Positions 1 through 8,911 of a DNA stretch of 64,000 nt are shown here, piece by piece (position 1 is the stretch's first letter; each line of letters begins with the position of its first letter). The position numbers and the translations under genes are program-made. The notes under the pieces are model-generated. The model made no database searches. It was given only the letters and a program-made list of their open reading frames with translations, and was not told the DNA's origin. This DNA is from Candidatus Bathyarchaeia archaeon (GTDB lineage: Archaea; Thermoproteota; Bathyarchaeia; Bathyarchaeales; Bathycorpusculaceae), in the NCBI GenBank assembly GCA_049512075.1, contig JBEKXL010000002.1:96001-160000 (forward strand), in the 5' to 3' direction.

Positions 1-2
1 GA

Positions 3-461
3 GTGTCCGAGGCAATGGTCTATACGGACGTGCCGAAGTCGATTCGAGCTTGGCTCAACCAAAGAAAAAGATGGTGGTACGGCAACCTGCAACTCTGGAA
101 GAAACATGGAGAATGGGCTAAACGAAATCCATGGATGATCCTGAATTACCTCGCGTTTCCCATTAGCATTCTATCTATCCTTATGACGATTCTGCTTCCC
201 TATCTCTTCTCGACGTTTGACAACTTGAACATGATCTTGCTTCGAGGGATACTATACCTCGTCACTCCCTGGATGTTGTTCACCCTTTTCACTTGGCCTT
301 TTTTCGTCAAGAAGAACAGAAAACTTTTGTTTATGCTAGTGCCCTACTACTTGATATACGCAACGATGAAAATGCTGCTGATCGCCTACCTGTACATCTG
401 TTATTTGTCGCGAAGGGGTGTCGTAATAAGATTCGGTTCAAAGGATATGCGAGTGAGGTGA
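3..461 (+). CDS. Processive family-2 glycosyltransferase, C-terminal part (runs off window start)
   Basis: QRKRW (QxxRW) motif followed by several transmembrane helices. Confidence 0.8.
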   Translation: MSEAMVYTDVPKSIRAWLNQRKRWWYGNLQLWKKHGEWAKRNPWMILNYLAFPISILSILMTILLPYLFSTFDNLNMILLRGILYLVTPWMLFTLFTWPFFVKKNRKLLFMLVPYYLIYATMKMLLIAYLYICYLSRRGVVIRFGSKDMRVR

Positions 462-485
462 ACAGGAACGAGGTTCTCTGCCATT

Positions 486-2132
486 TTGCTTGCTACGTTG
501 CTGCTGGGATCATGTTTTGTCTTTTCCTCGGTGCGCGCTGCTCAGAGTGGGCCCTTGCTAGGTGTCTATCCCGATTTTGATTTTTCAAAATCAGCTGATT
601 ACTGGTCCAATCTAGCCAGCAGCATAGGAGGCGGCAATGGGTTGATCGACTTGACCGTTGCCGAGGCAACAAATGAAAGCATCGTGATACTGCCTTTCCC
701 CTTCGAGCCAACTGGTTATCTGGAAAGTTCCAGTCAGACAGATCTGGTTGAACCTTATCTTGACAGGTTCGAATCTGACGGCCTCAAGGTAATTCTTTCA
801 ATCCAACCCTTAATGTCAGATGTGACAGAGCTCATAGACATCGTTCTCTCAAGGTTTGGCCACCACTCAAACATTCTTGGGGTAAACGTTGACCTGGAAT
901 GGAAGCAAAGTGGAACTCCTAACTACGTTAGCAACAGAGAGCGAGATCTGTGGCTTAACGAGACAAAGAGCAAGAGATCTGACCTCAAACTGTTTCTCAC
1001 CTATTACAAAGACTACACCCATTTCCCACAAGACACAACCGATCTCGTGGTAATGTTTGACGGAGAGGGAGACACGCAAACCAATCTTCTCAACAAATTT
1101 GAGCAGATTGCAAGCCATTATGATTCGGTAGGCATTTATACAGGTTATTCCTCAAGTGTTCCTCCAACCGCCTCTCTACAAAGAATACTAAGCGCGGTCC
1201 CGAAAACTCAATACATTATTCACGCGTCAGCTGTTTCCTCCGAGATGCCGACCCTCGTGTTTGAGATGGACGGAGTGCAAGTCGACTATCAGGAACACAC
1301 GACAATCAACTTGCTGGATCTTTGTCTCACAAAAAACATGCCTCTCGTATGCGGAGTCGTTCCACAAGGTCTTGACAACCTAAGTCTAGGCGGAGGTTAC
1401 TTGCCCAGCTACCTCAGAGATCTTCACCAAAATTACTTCGACATTTTCGAGATGGCTCAACTCGGCTACACAAACAACGATTCAGAAATACTCGCAGGCA
1501 AGACGTACCAAGAACAAAAAACGGTGATAGAAAAAGGACTTCAAATAATGAAATCCGTCGGAATCTCACCTACGACTTTTGTCCCGCCTTCAGGCTCAGC
1601 CGACGATACGACGCTCACAGTGGCAGAGGAACTTGGATTCAAGAACTTCGTCGATCTCTATGAAAACTTGTCATCTAGCAAACTCCTGATACTAGATTCA
1701 TGGGTCTCGCTCATTGATCAAACCGCAAACGGCACGAAACTGAAATCGCCAGAACAACTGATGGCAGAGATTGATCAGAAAGCCCCCGGTGATCTCACGA
1801 TCATCGAATATCAGATTCAGGATTTCGTCAACAACTCCCGAACAAAAATGACGGCGCTATCTAAAATAATAGATTCTTTGATTTCAAGTGAGAAATACGT
1901 ATTCATGACGGAGAGACAGTATCAAGAGACTCTCGGCTACAATTCCACATCAAACCCGGATGGCACGACGCCGTCGCCGACACTTCCAGAGTGGGAGATT
2001 CTTCTCGCTTTAGGAACTTCAGTAACTATTGCGGTCACTATTCTTTTAGCAAGAAAAACTCGCGGCCTGAAGAAATTGGGCCTCAGCAGGTCACGAAATA
2101 GAAAAAAATCAAGAGCGCGCGCCGCAAACTAA
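486..2132 (+). CDS. Secreted, C-terminally anchored protein: TIM-barrel-like N-domain plus polysaccharide-deacetylase-like (DUF2334-type) domain
   Basis: Signal peptide; FEMDGVQ, QLGYTN, TFVPP segments matching a NodB-like fold; C-terminal TM helix with basic tail. Confidence 0.6.
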   Translation: MLATLLLGSCFVFSSVRAAQSGPLLGVYPDFDFSKSADYWSNLASSIGGGNGLIDLTVAEATNESIVILPFPFEPTGYLESSSQTDLVEPYLDRFESDGLKVILSIQPLMSDVTELIDIVLSRFGHHSNILGVNVDLEWKQSGTPNYVSNRERDLWLNETKSKRSDLKLFLTYYKDYTHFPQDTTDLVVMFDGEGDTQTNLLNKFEQIASHYDSVGIYTGYSSSVPPTASLQRILSAVPKTQYIIHASAVSSEMPTLVFEMDGVQVDYQEHTTINLLDLCLTKNMPLVCGVVPQGLDNLSLGGGYLPSYLRDLHQNYFDIFEMAQLGYTNNDSEILAGKTYQEQKTVIEKGLQIMKSVGISPTTFVPPSGSADDTTLTVAEELGFKNFVDLYENLSSSKLLILDSWVSLIDQTANGTKLKSPEQLMAEIDQKAPGDLTIIEYQIQDFVNNSRTKMTALSKIIDSLISSEKYVFMTERQYQETLGYNSTSNPDGTTPSPTLPEWEILLALGTSVTIAVTILLARKTRGLKKLGLSRSRNRKKSRARAAN

Positions 2133-2379
2133 CCCTCATACTTATTCTCTGAGCGCGCGCGGGCTTCAATTTGTTACGTTTAATGTTTCTTCCAACATTC
2201 TGAGAAGTGCTTCAGAGAGTCTTACTGTTACGTTTTGAATGGTGAAAGAAACTGGGCGAGAGCCAGACACTTACCGATTTCTGAGGTTTTCGTGCATGAT
2301 TGGAAACTGTGAAGGGCCTTGCAGCGCCCGCTGAGCATGTTTTTTAAGCTTTCCAACGATCTTGTAAGAAGGGATAATA

Positions 2380-3966
2380 GTGTACCAAGTCCCTTGGAAG
2401 GAATACTCAGAAGAGGAAATCCAACAAACGCTGTCTTACCTCTTCAAGTGTAAGGGCTATAATGTTTACAATGCTCACAAGGCAGACAGACGCGGCGAAA
2501 TGGGAGCAGATCTAGAATGCACAAGACCCGCTGAAGCCGAGAAAATTCTGGTTAGCGTCAAAAAGAAACCCCAACAAAAAGACATCCTTCAACTTGAAAC
2601 CTTGGCAAAGAGAGACGCCAAGACAAAAATATACGTATACGTCGAGGAACCTTCTGCATCATTCAAGGAAGCAATGAGCAAGAAATCGGAGATTAGCTTC
2701 TGGGACTCTGAGAAACTGACTTCAGAGACTTTTAGAACAGACTTACGTTTCTATCTTTTTCTCATAATTGAGAACAATATCGAAAGAACTAGTTATCGAA
2801 TAACATTCTCTTTCTGCAAATTGTATTTTGATCTAGAAAAGGGTAAGATGAAGATTCAAGAACCCGCGGAAGGAGACGTCGAAATGATGAACCTCCTCTG
2901 GAACGCAAAAGATAGAAGCGCGAGCCTACACAAATCTCTCAGAACACTCCAAGAAATCTACGAGAACACTTACTTAACCTCAGTCGATTACAGGGAAACA
3001 GAGTCAATCGTGAACGGATTCCTAAAGGGACTGTTCAATCTACACATAAACTCCTTGAAACCCCTCGAAATTCTTTTCAAAGAATTCATGACTAAGTATC
3101 CGAATAACTTCGCGCAGTTCTGCCTTCAAACCAAGGATCGTTCTAATTGGGTATTCTTCTTCACACATTTCCCTGAACTTCTTCCAGGCAACATAATCAA
3201 ATCTTTCGAAACCGAGGAAAAGGAAGCTGCAAAACTGCGAAAATTCTTCGACAAGAGTGGAGCCACTCCCACTCCTCCAGAAACTCTGGGTGAGATTTTG
3301 GCGGACATTTCACGAATCCTCGCTAACGGCGCCTATTGGTTAGAAGACGTTGTTGACGACCTTCACAGTATCGCTTTTTTTGGAAAATGGGAGAAAATGA
3401 GGGAAAAGACCCCCAAATGGCTGCGTCTCTGGGAAAATGAACGTGGACTCGGGTATCAATTTGAACTTGATCAAAAGAAAACCACAGATAAAGAAACATT
3501 GCCAAAGATGAGTGAACAGAAGCCATCAAGACAACCTCCAAGAAAATCACTTGTTCATTCAAAAGGGAAGCGTTGCTTCGTGCTGATGCCTTTCAAAGCA
3601 AATTTCCGCAGATTGTATGAGAACCATATTAGGCCTGTACTTGAAAACAACGGCTTCAAGGTCATGAAATCTGATGATATCTACACACCCACAGTTATCA
3701 CAGACGACATTAAGACCTACATAGGAAGCTCCGACCTGGTGCTAGCAGATGTTACGAACAAGAACCCGAACGTCCTGTATGAGCTGGGCCTCGCTCATGC
3801 GATCGGAAAAGAAACAATCATAATAACGCAAAACGAAGAAGACATCCCTTCTGACTTCAGACATTTGCGTTATTTCGAGTACGACGATGACGAAGAAGGC
3901 TGGAAATCGCTGAGAGAATGTCTTGACAAGGTGACGAGTTCAACAAAGACTCTTGGAAAACAATAA
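2380..3966 (+). CDS. Mrr-like PD-(D/E)xK nuclease domain + helical middle + nucleoside 2-deoxyribosyltransferase-like (TIR-like) C-domain
   Basis: N-term E..LF..KGYNV..GADL..VSVKK; C-term CFVLMPF..DLVLADVTNKNPNVLYELGLAHAIGK..IPSDFRHLRY. Confidence 0.65.
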   Translation: MYQVPWKEYSEEEIQQTLSYLFKCKGYNVYNAHKADRRGEMGADLECTRPAEAEKILVSVKKKPQQKDILQLETLAKRDAKTKIYVYVEEPSASFKEAMSKKSEISFWDSEKLTSETFRTDLRFYLFLIIENNIERTSYRITFSFCKLYFDLEKGKMKIQEPAEGDVEMMNLLWNAKDRSASLHKSLRTLQEIYENTYLTSVDYRETESIVNGFLKGLFNLHINSLKPLEILFKEFMTKYPNNFAQFCLQTKDRSNWVFFFTHFPELLPGNIIKSFETEEKEAAKLRKFFDKSGATPTPPETLGEILADISRILANGAYWLEDVVDDLHSIAFFGKWEKMREKTPKWLRLWENERGLGYQFELDQKKTTDKETLPKMSEQKPSRQPPRKSLVHSKGKRCFVLMPFKANFRRLYENHIRPVLENNGFKVMKSDDIYTPTVITDDIKTYIGSSDLVLADVTNKNPNVLYELGLAHAIGKETIIITQNEEDIPSDFRHLRYFEYDDDEEGWKSLRECLDKVTSSTKTLGKQ

Positions 3967-4123
3967 CCCTTGATTCGCATATGGTTTTGGGTTGAAATGA
4001 TCAGCAAATAGTGAGTTAGCGCACGCTCGGAGTGACAAGCTAACCACGGCAGCTCTGCATGAAACCATAGCTCGCGCCCTTCAGGTGAGCGATTTTACCT
4101 ATTCGGCAAAACCTATGCGATCT

Positions 4124-5599
4124 TTATTTCTTCGGCGGATGTTTTGCGTTGAACTTATCTTTTGAGAGGAGTTTTAGGCCATGTTTGACCTGGACAGAAT
4201 TCAAAGCATGCTTGACCCCTAGTAGATACATAAGAGGCAGATTCTCCCCTTCTTCATCGATTACTTTGTATATCTGTTCCTCACTCGACCAACCTTCTTT
4301 TGTAGCCATTCTATCGAATCTCTTTTCCATATGACCGATCATCTTTTTGAACTTCGGCTCAAGTAGTGCATGCCACATCGAAGCGAGATCTTGAACATTC
4401 TGTTTAAATGGTTTCTCTGTTTTCATTTGTAGTAGATTGTCTCTCGTCCGCTTCAGTATTTGGTTTGAAATGCCCTCGAAATCAGCCTCACGCGTGTCTA
4501 TATCAAGAGCTAACATCATTTCTTTGATCTGATCGATCGTTCCTTTCCGACACTTTCCTTTGTCTTGGTGGGAAAAGCAATTGTCGCAGTTAGTGACATA
4601 ATATTCCTCCCCAAAGGGTCCCTTCTTCTCAAAACGGATAACCAAGTTTTTTTCGCCTAGGCTTTTCAACGTTTTTGAAATGGTAGATTTGTCCATTGCT
4701 GTGAAGCTGGCAATTTCAGTAACAGAAAGACTCATATTATCTAACAATCTTAGGCATACTTTAGAAGCCTGGCCTGCCTGTAACCGTGTAGATGAGTCTA
4801 TCTCATGGATTAGCCTTTGAGGGCCGTATACATCGGTAGGCAATTGCCATTGATCTCTTGTCTTTCCAAATCGAAGCCTTTTTAGAAATCTTTCAACGTT
4901 TGCCGTATCGAAAGAGTATACTTGGTCAATTATCTCAAATGTGTCGATTTGATTCTTCTTAGATTTGGCAATCGCAGAAACCGCGTATACAAGTTTCTCA
5001 TATGCATCCTCTGTTATCGATGGGGGTCTATGAGGCAATCGTACCTTGTTCGTGATCTTCCATTTTCCATTATCATGCCCCAACAATCTAACATAATGAC
5101 CCTTTGTGGACAAAACCAGTTTGTCTACAACCTCGGCCATTTCGCTCTGTGGCGGAACTAAGACTTTGGCCACATCTTTACTGGCAAATGCATCTTTGCT
5201 GGCAAGTGAAGAATGCCCTCCCTCCATAACATAGTAAACTGCCCAGCGTATGGCTTTTTCAACATTCGTTTGGACTCCCTCCGTAAAATCGAAGAACATT
5301 TCGAAGTCTTCGCTCTTCCTCAATGTGCGATTTTCATTTCTTACCAATAATCCAGAACCCACAAGAAGATCAACTGCTTGTGGCAGAATCCTCAGCAACC
5401 TTTGCTGCTGGACATAATACTTGTTGATGGAATCGGTGTCCCCTGTCTCACTTGAGAGTGCCCCCTTGATCGTCCGCTCAGAGAAAGACTCGGAATCAAC
5501 TTGAGCGATTTCTTTTAACATATCATTGTAGATACCAAGAGCAAGCCAGGGCGGCACTGTCCTCAGGGTTTTAGTCTTCCAATCTTCCCATATCTGCAT
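4124..5599 (-). CDS. Large winged-helix DNA-binding protein with Cys cluster
   Basis: MarR/TrmB-like HTH LSVTEIASFTAMDKSTISKTLKSLGEKNLV followed by CDNC..C. Confidence 0.55.
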   Translation of the reverse strand: MQIWEDWKTKTLRTVPPWLALGIYNDMLKEIAQVDSESFSERTIKGALSSETGDTDSINKYYVQQQRLLRILPQAVDLLVGSGLLVRNENRTLRKSEDFEMFFDFTEGVQTNVEKAIRWAVYYVMEGGHSSLASKDAFASKDVAKVLVPPQSEMAEVVDKLVLSTKGHYVRLLGHDNGKWKITNKVRLPHRPPSITEDAYEKLVYAVSAIAKSKKNQIDTFEIIDQVYSFDTANVERFLKRLRFGKTRDQWQLPTDVYGPQRLIHEIDSSTRLQAGQASKVCLRLLDNMSLSVTEIASFTAMDKSTISKTLKSLGEKNLVIRFEKKGPFGEEYYVTNCDNCFSHQDKGKCRKGTIDQIKEMMLALDIDTREADFEGISNQILKRTRDNLLQMKTEKPFKQNVQDLASMWHALLEPKFKKMIGHMEKRFDRMATKEGWSSEEQIYKVIDEEGENLPLMYLLGVKHALNSVQVKHGLKLLSKDKFNAKHPPKK

Positions 5600-5617
5600 A
5601 GTGTCAATATTCTCCTA

Positions 5618-5722
5618 GTTGACAAAGAACATCATCTATCAACTAGTTGATATTACGCTCTATTAAATGTTCCAGTTGATTGCCGCTCTATTAGAGGCAT
5701 CCTGTTGATTTCTAGCTCTATT
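5618..5722. repeat. Phased ~29-bp direct repeats GTTGAT-N4/5-GCTCTATT plus a 16-bp palindrome
   Basis: GTTGAY at 5618, 5646, 5675, 5704; GCTCTATT at 5657, 5685, 5715; TATCAACTAGTTGATA at 5637-5652. Confidence 0.8.
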
Positions 5723-5786
5723 GAATCTAAAAAAACGTTTTTCTGCCTCCGATCTAGCTATTGTTTGAGAACAGCGAGGTGTAGAT

Positions 5787-6032
5787 ATGAAATGCAAAAA
5801 GTCTGTCAAAACCTCCACCATGGACACTGTGCAAAAAATGGTCTCAACTGTGAAGTGGATCAGAAATGATTTCCTGAGGTTTTTATTGTTGACAGTAATC
5901 GTGATTGTTTCCGGTAGCGGGGGCGTAGCATACGCTTATGGCTGTAGGCTGGGAATAGTCTTGCTAATCGCAATCATGCTTTTTGTTCTTGCCGCCCTTT
6001 ACATTTTCAATAACTCCAAACGAGAATACTAA
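5787..6032 (+). CDS. Small membrane protein (2 TM)
   Basis: Two hydrophobic stretches; GAGGTG upstream of start. Confidence 0.5.
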   Translation: MKCKKSVKTSTMDTVQKMVSTVKWIRNDFLRFLLLTVIVIVSGSGGVAYAYGCRLGIVLLIAIMLFVLAALYIFNNSKREY

Positions 6033-6302
6033 AATAATTACGGTATTGATTTTTGTCTGAGCTATGTAAAAGTAGGAATACGGCCTTTCTGCCCACACGT
6101 GCGAAGGGGGAAGGGACTGAAACGGTTCAGTAGTTCGAACCGCCAATTATCATTTTGAGGCAATCACAATAGGCGGTGACCGCACGGCAATTAACAGTCT
6201 TTGACAATCCGAAGCTGACTCCGTCGAGTTGTGCGGCCGCGGGCCAGTCATATCCGTATGCTTGTGGTCCGACAACTTCAGAAGGACCTCCTCCAACGTA
6301 GC

Positions 6303-8816
6303 CTATCTGCAACCAGAAATCTGGTATCTGCTGCCATAGGAGTATTGGCGGACGTTGCTCATGCTTGTTCCTGCGTCAAGTTTGCCGAAAGTCCCTGGAA
6401 TTTGTGCACTGACCACGTAGTTGCAGTATATACTGTAGGCACGCGTTTTGAAACCAGAATACGTGCAGGGATTGGCTGGAAAGTTCGTGAGGCTTGTAGT
6501 GCCGTAGATTGCTTGACTTGTGGTGGCGGTACTGTATGCGATTCGAAGGGCTTTGCCCGATGCTATAGCATCAGCAACTAGCCAGTAATAGTTGTTCTTG
6601 ATGAGTTGTGGAGTTGTGGACAAGGCAACTGTTATCCAACCAGAGTATCCAGCCGCGACAGTTGTGGCTCCTTGGCTTAGGAGGGTCGTTGGGACGCCAG
6701 AATTGTCGTTGTATATGGCGACCTCTAAAGCTATGCTTAGTCCGTTGATTTCTTCGACGTAGAGAGCTAGGCTCTGGGCAGTTCCATATTCCAGCATCTG
6801 GTACCTGCTTCCGTAAAAGTATGAGCATAGATTACTCCTGCTGCTGCCAATGTCGACCTTGCCGAATTTTGGGTAAGACTGTTCAGTTGTGAAGCCCCAA
6901 CTGTAAGCGGATGGCATGTTCTGACCTTTCAGATTCATTGCGCCAGATGATATGGTGACTGTGTAGGATGTTTCATAAACCAGGGGGGAATTTGGCGTGA
7001 ATGTCATAACAGCTCCGTCGGGGCTCCAAGTGAACAAGCCAGGAACAGATGGGTTTATGCTAAACGCGTTTTGAACAGAAATCTGATTCATGGCTTCAGT
7101 GAAGGTAACCTGTACTTTTGCAGTTAAAGCGACATTCTGAGCATTTGAATTTGGAACTTGGTTGAGAACGTAAGGTGGAATATGTTCATTGACGAAGTAA
7201 TTGCAGCAAATACTGTACGCGCGGGCGTTGAACCCAGAAGAGACACAGGGATTGGTTGGGAAACTCGCGAAACTTGTCGTGCTGTAAAAAGCTTGATTCG
7301 TTGTCCCTGCGCTATAAGCGATTCTAAGCGATTTGCCAGAGGCAATTGCGTTAGCAACCAGCCAATAGTAGTTGCCTGGTAGCAGGTTTGGATGTGTTGA
7401 GAGTGTGACAGTTACCCAGTTTCGGTAGCCTGCGGGAATATTAGTTGTTCCTTGGGCTAAGAGAGTGCTCGGTTTGCCCGCGTTGTCGTTGTATATTGCC
7501 ACTTTCAGAGGTCTGTTTTCGCCGTTCATTTCCTCAACGTAGAGAGATATGCTTTGAGCGAAGCAGTCTTCTAGAGCTTGGTATTTGCTGCCGTAGGTGT
7601 ACGTGGCGAGGTTGCTTCTGCTAGCTCCAACGTCGATTTTCCCAAAGTGAGGCGGCATTAGAGGATAATGGTCTATGCTAACGTCATAGACAGTGTAGGG
7701 AGTGTCGCCAATTCCGTCTGGACCTATCACGGTCTGCTGGGGCCATTGGTATAGGTCAGTTCCACCATAATTACTCCAATAGTTGCCACCAATTGGATAA
7801 CTAGAGTTCCAGTCTATAACGTGTAATCCTTCAACATCTTCTGCGGGAACGGTAGCTTGAACAACATTGTTGATGAATCTATTGTGGTAGAAGAGCATAT
7901 TTATGGAAACATATGTTGAGACGTCGAGGTTGACCCCGTAGTTGTTGTCTTCCAGCGTATTGTTGTAGAATGTTCCGCCTATCCAATAGTCGCGTACATT
8001 AGAATAAATGGCGTAAAAGTCGTGCCAAAAGCAATTCCCACTGACTTTTAGATTTGAACAGGTTTGTCCAACATACAAGCCTATTGTACTAAGGTATATT
8101 CTGTTGTTGGTCACTTCCGCCGCTATCTCTGCCGTCTCTGGCACGCCACCGAGACTCAATGCGGTGTCACATCTTTCAAATAAATTCCCAGTGATGTTCT
8201 GGGTTCCTCCCGCAATAAATATGCCCGACTCTTTCAGATAATTGTCCATAATGGTGACAGAAACGGTGCCGGTAGTGCCAGAGATTCCTACTAGACCGTT
8301 TTCTACTGTATTGTTTACGAGAGTGTAGGGACCAGGTAATATCCAGTCATCTGGTCCGCCTGGAATGAACCCTAACTCTATAGACGCGTTCCTTACTAGG
8401 TTGTTTTTGATAACAGTATTCTGTCCGCCATCGTCGATTATCGAACCGTTCTGGATAGTGAAACCGATAATTTGAACGTTAATCGCCTCCGCATGCTCTT
8501 TTATCATTCTTACCCGAAACGTGTTTCCTGTCTTTCTTCCGTCCACTATAGCGTTTTGGTTTTCAGCGATTAGTGTGAGGTCAAGTTTTCCAGTAAGAGT
8601 CACTTCTTCGTAGTAGGTTCCTTGCTTCACGAGAATGGTGTCTCCATCGCCTGCAGCATTGACTGCTTCTTGTATTGTGTGGAAGTCTGCTGGTCCATTG
8701 TCATCTACAATCCAAGTCTTAACAGCCTTAGATGGCGGAACATATGCAGCTAAAGTCAAAATTCCTACCAAAATCACCATTACTAACAGCTTAGAAAATG
8801 ATTCTCCAATCCTCAC
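6303..8816 (-). CDS. Secreted NosD/parallel beta-helix protein with Ig-like (Big_5) domain and repeated ~150-aa modules; 3' end damaged
   Basis: Signal peptide, IQEAVNAA..GDTILVKQGTY, GGNYWSNY..GIGDTPY; repeats starting FGK(I/V/L)D.G.S.SN; third repeat truncated. Confidence 0.8.
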   Translation of the reverse strand: MRIGESFSKLLVMVILVGILTLAAYVPPSKAVKTWIVDDNGPADFHTIQEAVNAAGDGDTILVKQGTYYEEVTLTGKLDLTLIAENQNAIVDGRKTGNTFRVRMIKEHAEAINVQIIGFTIQNGSIIDDGGQNTVIKNNLVRNASIELGFIPGGPDDWILPGPYTLVNNTVENGLVGISGTTGTVSVTIMDNYLKESGIFIAGGTQNITGNLFERCDTALSLGGVPETAEIAAEVTNNRIYLSTIGLYVGQTCSNLKVSGNCFWHDFYAIYSNVRDYWIGGTFYNNTLEDNNYGVNLDVSTYVSINMLFYHNRFINNVVQATVPAEDVEGLHVIDWNSSYPIGGNYWSNYGGTDLYQWPQQTVIGPDGIGDTPYTVYDVSIDHYPLMPPHFGKIDVGASRSNLATYTYGSKYQALEDCFAQSISLYVEEMNGENRPLKVAIYNDNAGKPSTLLAQGTTNIPAGYRNWVTVTLSTHPNLLPGNYYWLVANAIASGKSLRIAYSAGTTNQAFYSTTSFASFPTNPCVSSGFNARAYSICCNYFVNEHIPPYVLNQVPNSNAQNVALTAKVQVTFTEAMNQISVQNAFSINPSVPGLFTWSPDGAVMTFTPNSPLVYETSYTVTISSGAMNLKGQNMPSAYSWGFTTEQSYPKFGKVDIGSSRSNLCSYFYGSRYQMLEYGTAQSLALYVEEINGLSIALEVAIYNDNSGVPTTLLSQGATTVAAGYSGWITVALSTTPQLIKNNYYWLVADAIASGKALRIAYSTATTSQAIYGTTSLTNFPANPCTYSGFKTRAYSIYCNYVVSAQIPGTFGKLDAGTSMSNVRQYSYGSRYQISGCR

Positions 8817-8911
8817 AAATTCTCTCTCCGGTAGCGCGCGTGGTATACTAGTAGTTCACTCAGGGGGATAAGATTTATGGAACCGTCTTCTATGTCACTC
8901 TCTTACGCGCG

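Noticed and set aside
447-490. In-frame TGA between the GT2 gene and the next ORF (readthrough, or a better signal peptide MRVR*TGTRFSAILL)
   Set aside because: No recoding signal visible; a TTG start at 486 or a single-base error explains it equally well.
5618-5722. Possible mini-CRISPR array
   Set aside because: Period is only ~29 bp with short conserved blocks, leaving no room for spacers; no cas genes in the window.
6160-6305. Pyrrolysine-type readthrough of the TAG at 6303
   Set aside because: The in-frame continuation does not resemble the repeat; the similarity is in another frame.
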